A stretch of DNA of 64,000 nucleotides from positions 12,973-76,972 of the IMG/VR virus record IMGVR_UViG_2814123268_000002; one strand, given 5' to 3'. Shown here piece after piece: positions 48,518 to 58,176 of the stretch. The stretch comes from a virus (lineage: Duplodnaviria; Caudoviricetes). How positions within the stretch are numbered: position 1 is the first letter of the stretch; every line of letters starts with the position of its first letter. The notes under the pieces were generated by a model that saw only the letters and a program-made list of their open reading frames with translations, did no database searches and was not told the origin of the DNA. The position numbers and the translations under genes are program-made.

Positions 48518-48766
48518 TTAAGGCTCACAGGACTCCCCCACGCAGCTCTCATAGTCCATACGCGGATCACCGCTGACACGCTGAGCACAACGCACATGGC
48601 GCGATAGTTCGTTACGGCGCACCACAACCCTGCTTATCTGCGCCGCATCGGCAAATTCCGCCGCCCTGGTCAGCTCAGTAAGCGCCCGGCGATACAGCCC
48701 GCGGGAGACCAACGCTTCTGCCCGCCGGCAATGTGCATCGGCCATAGCCGAATTCTCTCTGCTCAT
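48518..48766 (-). CDS. PerC-family transcriptional regulator
   Basis: RAEALVSRGLYRRA motif; follows P. Confidence 0.6.
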   Translation of the reverse strand: MSRENSAMADAHCRRAEALVSRGLYRRALTELTRAAEFADAAQISRVVVRRNELSRHVRCAQRVSGDPRMDYESCVGESCEP

Positions 48767-49497
48767 ACCGCCCCCTCCCCTGAACTCCCCCGCAGTTTCT
48801 GGCGGATAGCTGCCAACGCAGCGACCCCGACCGATTGGTAATGCTCCGCGTTCCCTGCCAGCTCCGCCGCCGTCTTGGGCCTGCGGCAATCGGCAATTCG
48901 GGCCACCGGCTGTGGGATCACTTTTCCGGCCGCCATCTCCTTGGCCCACTGCTTCATCTGCGCCTTGATCGCCCGCAGCACCTCGGCCTCGGTGTAGTTG
49001 TACCGGTACATCAGCTGGCGTACATCCAGCACCACCCAGTACATCACCGGGTGTGCCCAGTCGAACGCCTCCGGCGTGGCAACTCGGTGTTTATCGCGGG
49101 CATAGCGGTGGAACTCAGCCAGCACCTCATCGTCAGAGGGCAATCCACCCGCACCCCGCGCACCCTCACGGCACCACGCCATGAAGCGCCCGCAGGAGGG
49201 CCAGAAATCTCCACCGTGTTGGCGGGCCATGCTGACACCGGCCTTGACCTGCTCCAGCGTCGTAATCCCCCCTTCGGCGAATGCTGTAATCCACTGGCGC
49301 TTCATCGCCGCCACCTCATCCGGCGCGCCAAACACCGTATTGCGCGCCGCCGGGAACAGCAGCAGCAGATTTTCAAACAGCACATCCACCAGCTTTTCAG
49401 CGTTGCCGTTCACCACCCGCGCCTGCAGGGGCTGACCAGCCATGCGGGACAGTGCGGCTGCATCCCGGCGCTGTACGGCAGAAACCAGATTTTTCAT
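48763..49497 (-). CDS. Replication protein P (lambda P family)
   Basis: KRQWITAFAEGGITTLEQVKAG, FWPSCGRFMAWC. Confidence 0.88.
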   Translation of the reverse strand: MKNLVSAVQRRDAAALSRMAGQPLQARVVNGNAEKLVDVLFENLLLLFPAARNTVFGAPDEVAAMKRQWITAFAEGGITTLEQVKAGVSMARQHGGDFWPSCGRFMAWCREGARGAGGLPSDDEVLAEFHRYARDKHRVATPEAFDWAHPVMYWVVLDVRQLMYRYNYTEAEVLRAIKAQMKQWAKEMAAGKVIPQPVARIADCRRPKTAAELAGNAEHYQSVGVAALAAIRQKLRGSSGEGAV

Positions 49498-50492
49498 AGC
49501 ACGTCCTCCCATCCCTGCGCCGTGTTCCACTCCGCCCCCAGCAGGGTTTTCAGTGAGCGATCCTGAACACCCGCTTCCGGTGCCCCCAGACGGATCACCA
49601 GCTCATCCCATTTCTCACGCAACTTCGCCGGGCTCAGGACATTGCGGCACCAGAACGGATCACGGTTTACCCGGCCAAACAGCTCGCAAATCTGCCGGTG
49701 AGTGCGCCCATCCAGCTCGCACATCAGGCGCACCTCGTTAGCCCAGGCTATCCAGTTGGGTGCCTTGGGCCTGACCATCTCCCCATCGTATTCAGCGGCT
49801 TGTTCGTGCAGTCGAAGGATGCGCCCCCATATCCATTCGGCGCAGGTCAGATCCTCCTGCCCGCCCCACAGGCGCTTTTTGGCACTGAACACCACCGCAT
49901 CCGGATGACGGGCCAAAAATTCATGATCGCGGTCAGACTCGTCCGGTTGCGCAGCGTCCGGACAAGAAGATCTTTTTACTGACGGATCTGTTTTAACTGA
50001 CGGATCGGGGTCAACCATTGACCCCTTAACGGGGGTGTTTTTACCAATGGTTGACCCCTCAACGATTGGGGGGTCAATATTTGGGGGGTCAACCGTTAAC
50101 CCCTCAACCGTTGGGGGGTCAATATTTGAGGGGTCAATCATTGGGGGGGTAACGCGCCCACCCCGCTTTTTGGACTTGTTGGCCATGCGGGCCGCCGCTG
50201 CCGCCTCCTCCAGCTTATCGACATTGATCTGGTAAACATTGCTCAGATCACGCCCACCAGACTTACGGGCAGTCTTAGTCAGCCAGCCATCACGCGCCAG
50301 CTCATCTATCGCCGCCGAAACGGTGGTCTTGCTCCTGGCACCTATCTGACGCTGGATAGTCTCCACCGCCGGCCACGACAGCCCCTCATCGTTGCTGTAA
50401 TCCGCCAGCCGTGCCATCACAGCCACGCGGGAAAGGATCAGACCAGCATGGGCACACCCTTCCCATACCAGACCATGCAATTTGCTACTCAT
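49494..50492 (-). CDS. Replication initiator (O-like, N-terminal HTH) containing the origin
   Basis: RLADYSNDEGLSWPAVETI, FWCRNVLSPAKLREKWD. Confidence 0.88.
   Translation of the reverse strand: MSSKLHGLVWEGCAHAGLILSRVAVMARLADYSNDEGLSWPAVETIQRQIGARSKTTVSAAIDELARDGWLTKTARKSGGRDLSNVYQINVDKLEEAAAAARMANKSKKRGGRVTPPMIDPSNIDPPTVEGLTVDPPNIDPPIVEGSTIGKNTPVKGSMVDPDPSVKTDPSVKRSSCPDAAQPDESDRDHEFLARHPDAVVFSAKKRLWGGQEDLTCAEWIWGRILRLHEQAAEYDGEMVRPKAPNWIAWANEVRLMCELDGRTHRQICELFGRVNRDPFWCRNVLSPAKLREKWDELVIRLGAPEAGVQDRSLKTLLGAEWNTAQGWEDVL
50007..50150. repeat. Origin iterons, ~15-bp period GGG(G)TCAA repeats
   Basis: GGGGGGTCAATATTT / GGGGGGTCAACCGTT / ACCCCTCAACCGTT array encoding IDPPxxx repeats. Confidence 0.8.
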
Positions 50493-51036
50493 GGCATACC
50501 TCCTTGTTGCTGTTCAGCGAACGATCGACAAGCGCTGAGGCGAAAAGACCATCGTTGATGTAGTCATGCAGGCTATGAGCCAAGGGAGACTGGGAAGCCA
50601 CCAGCATGGGGCGCAGGTGAGCCATCCACACCCGGTGGATCTCTGTCATGTAGAGATATACAGCGTGCGCATTGTGTGCGGGGCCCGGTAGCGCTGGTGC
50701 GCCGTTTAGGGCCCTTTCCATCTGGCTAAAGGCGGTGATGTAGGCTTCTTTGAACCGGGCCGCCCGCTTGCCGGTAAAGCCCATCGCCAGGAACGCGAAA
50801 CCATCGCGGGTGATTTGGTAGTAGGGTTGAGGTTTGCCGTTCTGTAACGCACTGTTTTTACGGCAAACCGCAAAATTGCGGGCATGAAAACCGGGGGAAC
50901 ATTCGAGAGTGCGGATCTTCTTTAGAACGTCATCGTGACGCTTAAGGAAATAGTCAGCAATAGCGACAGAAGAAGTAACAACCTGGCCGTTGATAACGGT
51001 GATTTCAGGGTGATCGGGGACGGGGATCGTAGCCAT
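50485..51036 (-). CDS. Rha-family antirepressor, in frame with an upstream Ash-like segment
   Basis: VTSSVAIADYFLKRHDDVLKKI, YYQITRDGFAFLAMGFTGKRAARFKEAYI. Confidence 0.88.
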   Translation of the reverse strand: MATIPVPDHPEITVINGQVVTSSVAIADYFLKRHDDVLKKIRTLECSPGFHARNFAVCRKNSALQNGKPQPYYQITRDGFAFLAMGFTGKRAARFKEAYITAFSQMERALNGAPALPGPAHNAHAVYLYMTEIHRVWMAHLRPMLVASQSPLAHSLHDYINDGLFASALVDRSLNSNKEVCHE

Positions 51037-51300
51037 GATGGCAGCCTCTGTGGTCAGTTTTTTCAACTCACCACTAGAGGTGCAAATCTCATGGGTGGTG
51101 AGACGTGCAGGGTTTGCACTACCGGTGACCACAGAAACCGGCCAGTCCGAAGACTGCCCTGCACGCCCCACCATAAACTGGATGTAGCCGTGCATCGCAC
51201 ACAAAAAAACCGCTAAAGCGCGGTCGTGCGCTGTGATCAATTCCGGGGTGCAAATCCCGGCAACGGATTTTGCCGTTGCCTTTCTAGCATACCCCCCTGA
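51037..51300 (-). ncRNA. Ash / CI-RNA-like structured immunity leader
   Basis: Encodes MVGRAGQSSDWPVSVVTGSANP (Ash motif); GGGTTTGCACTACCGG..CACAG is complementary to CTGTG..CCGGGGTGCAAATCCC. Confidence 0.55.
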
Positions 51301-51381
51301 GCTCAGACAATCAACTGATGACATCGTTGACATCACCAAAAGGGTGATGTTATGGTTGACATCAGTACAGGAGGTAACACC

Positions 51382-51666
51382 GTGCCAGCTCAACTGATCT
51401 ACAAAAAGCGCGAAGTGCTGAAAGGCGAAAATGAATTTGCCGACATCGTGGTCTGGGCTGTAGCCCCCTCTGTTCTGGGGAGCTATCACGGCTACAAATA
51501 CCGACTGGCTTATGTCGTTAACGGCGTCTGCGTAATGCGCTACGACAACGAGGCCGGCAAAGGCGATCACAAACATATCGGCGGCAGCGAGCTCCCCGTC
51601 ACGTTCTCTGATTTGACCGACCTGATTGAACAGTTTTACGCCGATATACAGGCTCTGAGGAGTTAA
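51382..51666 (+). CDS. DUF6516 (TumE-like) toxin
   Basis: HGYKYRLAYV...RYDNEAGKGDHKH; GGAGGT RBS before GTG. Confidence 0.75.
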   Translation: MPAQLIYKKREVLKGENEFADIVVWAVAPSVLGSYHGYKYRLAYVVNGVCVMRYDNEAGKGDHKHIGGSELPVTFSDLTDLIEQFYADIQALRS

Positions 51667-51670
51667 CATC

Positions 51671-52039
51671 ATGAATACATTGGTTGTCAGAGTTATGACA
51701 GCAAAACAGTCACAGGAAGACACCAAGAGATCATTTGCCGCGGCAATGTCTGGCGAGCCGGTAGAAACACCGTTCTCCATCTCATTCCCCGACGTTGAAT
51801 CACTGGCAAAAGTGATGCTGGCCCCAGGACGCCTGAACATTGTCAACGAGATGACCAACGCCGGATCAATGTCAATCCGTGAGCTGGCCAGGCGGTTGGG
51901 GCGCGATTTCAGGGCGGTGCACCGCGACGTGGACATGCTGCTAAAAGCGGGTGTCATCGACCACGATACTGATGGAAAAATCGTTTTCCCGTTCAGCGCC
52001 GTGCATTTCGATTTTACGCTTGAGCATGAAGCGGCCTGA
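51671..52039 (+). CDS. Winged-helix putative antitoxin (HVO_A0114-like)
   Basis: SMSIRELARRLGRDFRAVHRDVDMLLKAGV. Confidence 0.75.
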   Translation: MNTLVVRVMTAKQSQEDTKRSFAAAMSGEPVETPFSISFPDVESLAKVMLAPGRLNIVNEMTNAGSMSIRELARRLGRDFRAVHRDVDMLLKAGVIDHDTDGKIVFPFSAVHFDFTLEHEAA

Positions 52040-52124
52040 CCCACCATGGCGCATGGTAATGAGTTGCTCCTGACTGATGCAGCACCGGTTGGGCTGGATT
52101 GGGCGATTAACCGTTGCTCAATCC

Positions 52125-52304
52125 TCATGCGCACCTCCTGAAATAGGCGTTGAACACAACCAAGGCCGCGTTAATCCGCCAGCCACAGCCCGGTTCAGTT
52201 CGCAGATAGGTAACCTGTTGCCTCTCTGCGCACGTCGCAACCACACGCACGGTATGCCCATACACGTCTTGGTACAGATGGCCGACTCGCGGATACTTAG
52301 CCAT
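52125..52304 (-). CDS. DUF4222-like small phage protein (59 aa, below ORF-track cutoff)
   Basis: YQDVYGHTVRVV...QQVTYLR...FNAYFRR; GGAGGGGG RBS. Confidence 0.65.
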   Translation of the reverse strand: MAKYPRVGHLYQDVYGHTVRVVATCAERQQVTYLRTEPGCGWRINAALVVFNAYFRRCA

Positions 52305-52497
52305 GATCCCCCCCTCCCGTAAAACGCCCCCCAGGCGATACCCACCGCCTCGCGGCTGACTACTAATCCCCGGCGCACTTGGTTGTTGCCAGGTGTCCCC
52401 TGCCCCGCTACGATTTGCTCATAGCTCAGACGGCCACCGGCGATCCGGCACCGAAATTGCGCCCGGGGGCGGTTTGGGCTTAGAATGTCCATGCGTC

Positions 52498-53040
52498 TTA
52501 ATCTCCACACGAGTTATGCGCAGGCGCACTGGGACGGCATTCCCGGTGCGCCACCCTTTCTTGGGCACAAAAGATTCGGAATACGAGTGTCGAATGCTCC
52601 TGTAGCTTCGTTATCGTCAGATACAACTCATCAGTAATCGCCTCTCGCTCCAATGGATCGATGACCCCATCCTCAATGGATTTTTTAATCTTTCGCGAGT
52701 AACAAGCTATCTGCTCAAAAGCTTCAATGAGCCTCTGATTAATGTCCGCGTTATCGACCTCTTCTAGCTCCGCCATCGGTACGAATACGCCACCTGAAGC
52801 CTTTGCCACTGCATCAGCGATGTGATGGTTTCCACTAGCGCGTTGCAGCACCAATGCCCATCCAAGAGGAAATATCTGATCTCCATTGGTACGCAGGCGG
52901 TTAAACAATGCGTTATCTGTTACCCCCAACCACTCAGCTGCCTCGTTATACCCGTCAGGCAACCCGGCGATCGTCTTTTTGATTGCTGCTACCAACCAGG
53001 CAGGCTGGCGTTCTACCTTCCACAACGGTTCGTTACCCAC
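52498..53040 (-). CDS. YmfL-family (CII-like) regulatory protein
   Basis: QPAWLVAAIKKTI, ALFNRLR..GDQIFPLGWA. Confidence 0.85.
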   Translation of the reverse strand: MGNEPLWKVERQPAWLVAAIKKTIAGLPDGYNEAAEWLGVTDNALFNRLRTNGDQIFPLGWALVLQRASGNHHIADAVAKASGGVFVPMAELEEVDNADINQRLIEAFEQIACYSRKIKKSIEDGVIDPLEREAITDELYLTITKLQEHSTLVFRIFCAQERVAHRECRPSAPAHNSCGD

Positions 53041-53084
53041 GGTTTACCTCCTACGCCTGTGGTTACTTGGATAGAGATCAGACG

Positions 53085-53315
53085 CTAGACTGCGAGCAAT
53101 TCAGGCCAGATGCTGGCCCACTTCTCAGGATGAAGGTGCTGGCGGGTTACTACTCCCCCGCTTTCTTTTTCGATTAGTACTGACAGTTCAGCCCCCAACG
53201 TCTGATTAGTGCTGATTGCCTTCCGGAGATACCCGATTGAGGTTCCACAGCGGCTAACAAAGCTGGCTTGGTCAATCTGAGATAGTCCGTTCAAATAAAT
53301 ACGAAGCTCATTCAT
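53085..53315 (-). CDS. Cro-like HTH regulator
   Basis: RCGTSIGYLRKAIS, IEKESGGVVTRQHLHP..W..IWPEL; divergent from cI. Confidence 0.85.
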   Translation of the reverse strand: MNELRIYLNGLSQIDQASFVSRCGTSIGYLRKAISTNQTLGAELSVLIEKESGGVVTRQHLHPEKWASIWPELLAV

Positions 53316-53343
53316 GTCTATCTCCCGTTACGATGAAATCAGC

Positions 53344-53397
53344 TTACCCATAGGTAAATAACCAGTCAATACCCGCAGGTTATTTACCTCTTGGTAT
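53344..53397. promoter_or_regulatory. OR operators (TACC-N4-GGTA type palindromes)
   Basis: TTACCCATAGGTAA, ATACCCGCAGGTTA, TTACCTCTTGGTAT. Confidence 0.7.
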
Positions 53398-53416
53398 TTG
53401 GAGGTAAACTTTAAAA

Positions 53417-54088
53417 ATGGATAAATACGAGATAAGAAGGCTTCAGCTGATCAAGCTGAGGGACGAAATGTGTGGAGGGAAAGCTGTTGATTTAGCAAGA
53501 AAAATCAGCAGGGAGCCGTCATACATTTCAAGAATGCTTTATCCTGAAGGGAAAAAGCAGAAGAAGCGAATAGCTGATGATATGGTCGAGGTGATCGAGT
53601 CTGCTTTTGGCCTTCCCCGCGGCTGGATGGATAGAATTAATGATGGTTATCATGATGAAAAATCCATCTCATCAATAAATAAATACCCTCTATTCACTAC
53701 TGTTCAGGCAGGGGCATTCACCTCTACCCCTGAGTCATACGCGGAGAAAGATGCCAAGGCCTGGATAGAGACGTCCAAAAAGGCTGGTTCTCGTTCGTTC
53801 TGGCTTGAGGTTGACGGCGCATCGATGACGGCGCCGGCGGGAAACCGCCCCAGCTTTCCCGAAGGGATGCTGATCTTGGTCGACCCTGATCAGGATGTTG
53901 AAGTGAACGACTTCTGCATTGCACGCGTGAACGGCAACGAATTCACTTTTAAGAAACTGATCCGCGATAGCGGGATCAATTACTTACAGCCGCTCAACCC
54001 ACAGTTTCCCCTCCTAACGTGTAGTGATGGCTGCACGTTCGTGGGGAAAGTGATCATGTCGCAGTGGCCGGAAGAGATGTTTGGCTGA
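53417..54088 (+). CDS. CI-like repressor (HTH + S24 peptidase)
   Basis: VQAG cleavage site, [38 protein letters not shown]. Confidence 0.93.
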   Translation: MDKYEIRRLQLIKLRDEMCGGKAVDLARKISREPSYISRMLYPEGKKQKKRIADDMVEVIESAFGLPRGWMDRINDGYHDEKSISSINKYPLFTTVQAGAFTSTPESYAEKDAKAWIETSKKAGSRSFWLEVDGASMTAPAGNRPSFPEGMLILVDPDQDVEVNDFCIARVNGNEFTFKKLIRDSGINYLQPLNPQFPLLTCSDGCTFVGKVIMSQWPEEMFG

Positions 54089-54218
54089 GTCGCTAGAAGT
54101 TATGGGTTACGCCTAGCTCGTAATGGTATCAGACTGGTGTAACGCCATGTATGTATGGACATGGCTCATGCATCAATCTGCCACCATTTTTAGATATTAC
54201 AGTCATGGAAAGTAGATT

Positions 54219-54956
54219 TTGCAAAATAATTATCTTCCTGTAACGGCCTATACAAGACGAATGAATGGTGGAATAACCAACCCCTTTCTTTGTACTTGCC
54301 AAGATGGTCTTGCATACGTAGTGAAAGGAAGACCAAAGTTACGGCAGTACGAACTTGTCGCAGAATTCATCTCCGCTCACCTTGCGCAGCAGATAGGACT
54401 ATCTTGTCCCGATTTTTGCATCGTCGACGTTGGCGAGGAACTCATTGAATTTATGCCAGACCTAAGCCACGAACTCTTTCCTGGCCCCGCCTTTGCCACT
54501 CGATTTGTTGAAAACGCTTCAATAATTAACATCCAGCAGGCACGTAACTCCTTAACGATTCAAGAAAAAAAGAAGATTTTCTTCTTTGACCGATGGATCA
54601 ACAACTCAGATAGGACGCTTACCGACTTCGGAGGGAATGTAAATATTATTTTTGATGCGGTTAATGATAGGTATTACCTGATTGATCATAACCTAGCATT
54701 CGCACACGATATAACTGACGATGGATATGATGTACATGTATACTCACCTAGAGGCGGGAACTGGGTGTATGACATACTTGACGAGCCAGAGCTTGTAGAG
54801 CTTGCAACTAAGGCTATCGGTACATTGGAGTTGGCTTTTGCTCAACTTCCTGACGAGTGGTTTTCATCAGATGATGAGCGCAAACGTATGTTAAGCGACA
54901 TCACGACCCGCCTAAACAGAGTTGGAAGTAAAGAATTTTGGAGTAGCATCGTATGA
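54219..54956 (+). CDS. HipA-like Ser/Thr kinase
   Basis: GGITNPF..YVVKG, FFDRWINNSDRT..GNVN, LIDHNLAF. Confidence 0.85.
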   Translation: MQNNYLPVTAYTRRMNGGITNPFLCTCQDGLAYVVKGRPKLRQYELVAEFISAHLAQQIGLSCPDFCIVDVGEELIEFMPDLSHELFPGPAFATRFVENASIINIQQARNSLTIQEKKKIFFFDRWINNSDRTLTDFGGNVNIIFDAVNDRYYLIDHNLAFAHDITDDGYDVHVYSPRGGNWVYDILDEPELVELATKAIGTLELAFAQLPDEWFSSDDERKRMLSDITTRLNRVGSKEFWSSIV

Positions 54957-55771
54957 CCACGCCATGCCTATACAGCATAATTAGATATGCGCCGTATGCA
55001 GAAACCGAAGAGTTTGCAAACATCGGTGTGGTTCTTTGTGCTCCAAAATTGGGGCAATTTCACTATCTCCTCACCAAAGGCAACAACGCGAGAGTAAAAA
55101 ACTTTTTTCAAGACGAGATCATCTTCCCGCGAGCCAAAGAGGCGATTGACATAGAGTTGAAATTTGCCCAGGAACAGAGTTGTAGATTTCAAAAACCAGA
55201 AAAATTAGCTAATTTTTTCAATTACTTAATTGAAAGAAAAGAATCAATTATTCACTTTAGCCCAGCCAGAGTGGTTATGGCGGAGCATCCGCAGGAAGTG
55301 ATATTGGAACTTTATAACAAATTTGTTAATCGTTCTGAAGTCACAAAAGAATCACGTGAAACCATTCTAACAAGAGAGCTAAAACACCGATTCTTACATT
55401 ATAACGATCTTAAAAATGTATTTAAAAAAGAAATGCTTGGTGGTGAGCTGACGAGGTTTTCTATCCCGCTTGTTGCTCGGCAGAATGATAAGATTTTATG
55501 CGCCATCAAACCATTGGCATTTACTCAAGACAAACCAGAAAGGATGATGGAACATTGCGACTCATGGACAGCCAAGATTTTGAGGGCTGCTAGTGAGAGA
55601 ATCCTATCGTTATCGAATGTGCTGTTCACCATTGATCCCCCACCCCAGCCAACAGCTCTGGAGGTAAAGGCGATGCGTGAGATCCGTAAAACATTTGATG
55701 AGAAAGGAATTAATCACATTGAGCATAGCGATGAATCATCAATAATCACTTTTGCCAGACAAGCAATTTAG
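54953..55771 (+). CDS. DUF3037-domain protein
   Basis: YSIIRYAPYAETEEFANIGVVL; ATGA overlap with the kinase gene. Confidence 0.8.
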   Translation: MTTPCLYSIIRYAPYAETEEFANIGVVLCAPKLGQFHYLLTKGNNARVKNFFQDEIIFPRAKEAIDIELKFAQEQSCRFQKPEKLANFFNYLIERKESIIHFSPARVVMAEHPQEVILELYNKFVNRSEVTKESRETILTRELKHRFLHYNDLKNVFKKEMLGGELTRFSIPLVARQNDKILCAIKPLAFTQDKPERMMEHCDSWTAKILRAASERILSLSNVLFTIDPPPQPTALEVKAMREIRKTFDEKGINHIEHSDESSIITFARQAI

Positions 55772-55807
55772 TCCGACTACCTTAGTCAACTTGATTTTCT
55801 CACCTCT

Positions 55808-55832
55808 GAACCGGCCTCGTGCCGGTTTTTTG
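55808..55832 (+). terminator. Intrinsic terminator of cI-kinase-DUF3037
   Basis: AACCGGC-CTCGT-GCCGGTTTTTT. Confidence 0.7.
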
Positions 55833-55923
55833 TGACCAAAATCCCATCGCCCTACCGCCAACACCCTCCCGCAAAAAATAAAAACCATTGAATATCAAAT
55901 GAGTGTGAAATCCCATCAAAAAA

Positions 55924-55963
55924 TTACCTTTTGGTATTGCTAATTACAATTACCCATGGGTAT
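55924..55963. promoter_or_regulatory. OL operators / pL
   Basis: TTACCTTTTGGTAT and TTACCCATGGGTAT match the OR consensus. Confidence 0.7.
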
Positions 55964-56134
55964 ATTTATATCGCTGAGACGGAACACTGCAACTTGATGG
56001 CCACTTCGACTCACAGCCTGATATCAGCAGATGTGACGAGTGCGAGGGGTTAAACACATGTGAAAACATGGGGGTGATCAGGCTGTTTCCGCATAGGCAT
56101 TTGTGAGTACCTATAAGCGCCCTACCGGACGCTC

Positions 56135-56146
56135 CGCTCTTTAACA
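56135..56146 (+). promoter_or_regulatory. boxA antitermination element (nutL-like)
   Basis: CGCTCTTTAACA consensus downstream of pL. Confidence 0.65.
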
Positions 56147-56649
56147 ATCAAAACAATGCACTCGGCGTTGCGCGAAGAGATTCGCATAACTCAGTTCCCA
56201 GGCATCCCCAAGCATCACGGTGCCATGGCATCCCTGGCCAGCAGCGGACAATGTCGAGTGCAATTAACTGTCACTAGGGACAACTCAATGTCAGCTAAGA
56301 GCGAAAAGCGGAAGTTTAGGCCCTATTATGAAAAAAGTGACGCTTTAGCAAAGCCTCGCAAAAGACTTAACTCACTAAAACAATCGACCACCCGGCGGCC
56401 GTCTCGTTTTTGTCGAATGCAAAGCCCCTGGCGAACCACCCCACGCATAGACCAGCAGCGCGAGCACGGACGGCTGCGCACGCTGAGCTTTGCCGTAGTG
56501 GTGCTGGATAGCAAAAATCTGGAGGAAATATTGTGAGTTGCGAAGAAAAGAACAAGCAATTTGCAACATCGTCAATAATCTAAATGATGTTAAATCAACC
56601 AATTAGGGATAGAATAGATAAAAGTTACGTAATCGAGGAGAATTTCAAA

Positions 56650-58014
56650 ATGTCGATAAATGCTATGAGTAATCATGACTTTTATACCTTGTTAAATCAA
56701 GTCGTACGTCCGGCGGCACCCGTATCTACTTTTGAACTTCTCTTCGGTAGAGAAAAACAACTTGGCGCAATCGAGTCGGTTTTATATTCTGATGGTCGAA
56801 GCGTATTTATTTATGGGGATCGCGGCGTTGGCAAAACATCTTTAGCACATACAATTGCGTATAAGCTACAAGAAGAAAACGAACCTATTTTTGTAGGTTG
56901 CGAACCATCTTCAACTTTAGCATCAATAATTAATGATATTGTAGTAAAAACAAAGCCATGCAAAAACTATAAAAATGAGAGATCCATATCCGCCGGAATA
57001 AATCTACTTGGATTCAAACTAGATACAACCGTAAAAAAAACAGATGAAAGATCCCAATTAAATATCAATTCAATATCTTCAGCAGTCCTAGCCTTGGAAG
57101 ACCTGACAAAAATACACTCTCAAAAACCTTTCATTGTGATTGATGAGTTTGACCAGATAGAATCACAACATGAAAAGCAAAATTTCGGACGACTAGTAAA
57201 AGCATTAGGTGATCAGAACATCAATGTGAAATTAATATTTACTGGAATTAGTGATTCATTACACTCCCTGATTGGCGGGCACCTTTCCAGTGAAAGACAA
57301 ATTCATCAAACTCATTTAGAAGCATTACCTTGGAATGGAAGATTTAAAATAATAGATAATGCTTTCGGTGCTTTTGAATTGAAAGTAGATGATAACATAA
57401 GACATAAAATAGCGGGATTGAGTGATGGGTTCCCCCATTACGTACATTTATTATGTGAAAAAATTCTAACCTGTGCTCATGCAAAAAGTGAAAATATTGA
57501 AATAATTGATCACGACATTTTTTGGGAAGGTTTAAATGATGCTGTTGATTCAATATCTGAGACATTAAAGCATGACTATGTTCTTGCTACACTAGGGAGG
57601 CAAGAATACTTTCACCATTTGCTATGGGCTATGGCTGATGCTGAGGACTTACAGCGCGAGAAAAAGACAATAAAGCATTCATATAGTGAAATATGCAACC
57701 AAAAGCAATTAAATGCACTTTCTGAAAGCCAATTTGACAGGCAATTTAATAAACTAAAATCCCCCGAATTTGGAGAAGTGATAGTAAATGCTTTCGAGGG
57801 ACGGAAGGGTTGGTTTAAATTCAAAGAAAACATGATTAGAGGGTATGTTCGCATGCTCGCTGAAAATAATGGTGTATCTCTTGACTTCCAAAGACGCTTC
57901 ACCGCTAGGGAGCCAACTGCCCGACACGTTGGGGTAAAGACTTCAACATACAAGCCATTAACTACTGTTGAAGAAAGGGCATATAGAATACAAAGAACAA
58001 AAAAGAAAAATTAA
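56650..58014 (+). CDS. AAA+/STAND-like ATPase with probable C-terminal winged helix
   Basis: LFGREKQL, YGDRGVGKTSLA, IVIDEFD, GFPHYVHLL; GAGGAG RBS; AT-rich. Confidence 0.82.
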   Translation: MSINAMSNHDFYTLLNQVVRPAAPVSTFELLFGREKQLGAIESVLYSDGRSVFIYGDRGVGKTSLAHTIAYKLQEENEPIFVGCEPSSTLASIINDIVVKTKPCKNYKNERSISAGINLLGFKLDTTVKKTDERSQLNINSISSAVLALEDLTKIHSQKPFIVIDEFDQIESQHEKQNFGRLVKALGDQNINVKLIFTGISDSLHSLIGGHLSSERQIHQTHLEALPWNGRFKIIDNAFGAFELKVDDNIRHKIAGLSDGFPHYVHLLCEKILTCAHAKSENIEIIDHDIFWEGLNDAVDSISETLKHDYVLATLGRQEYFHHLLWAMADAEDLQREKKTIKHSYSEICNQKQLNALSESQFDRQFNKLKSPEFGEVIVNAFEGRKGWFKFKENMIRGYVRMLAENNGVSLDFQRRFTAREPTARHVGVKTSTYKPLTTVEERAYRIQRTKKKN

Positions 58015-58176
58015 ACAACATTTCCGTATTTAGTGAATAACTGATTAGCTGTTAAATACCTCTAATCAGTAAAGCCTAGTACAAGACTGAATAGCTGCAC
58101 TTACTTGACCATCTCCCCATAAATAAACAAAAGCTGATGATAGCAATGTCCGCTTCTGGCACAAAGCCGACTGTCA

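Noticed and set aside
50007-50150. Novel repeat array
   Set aside because: Explained as origin iterons inside an O-like initiator, normal for lambdoid phages
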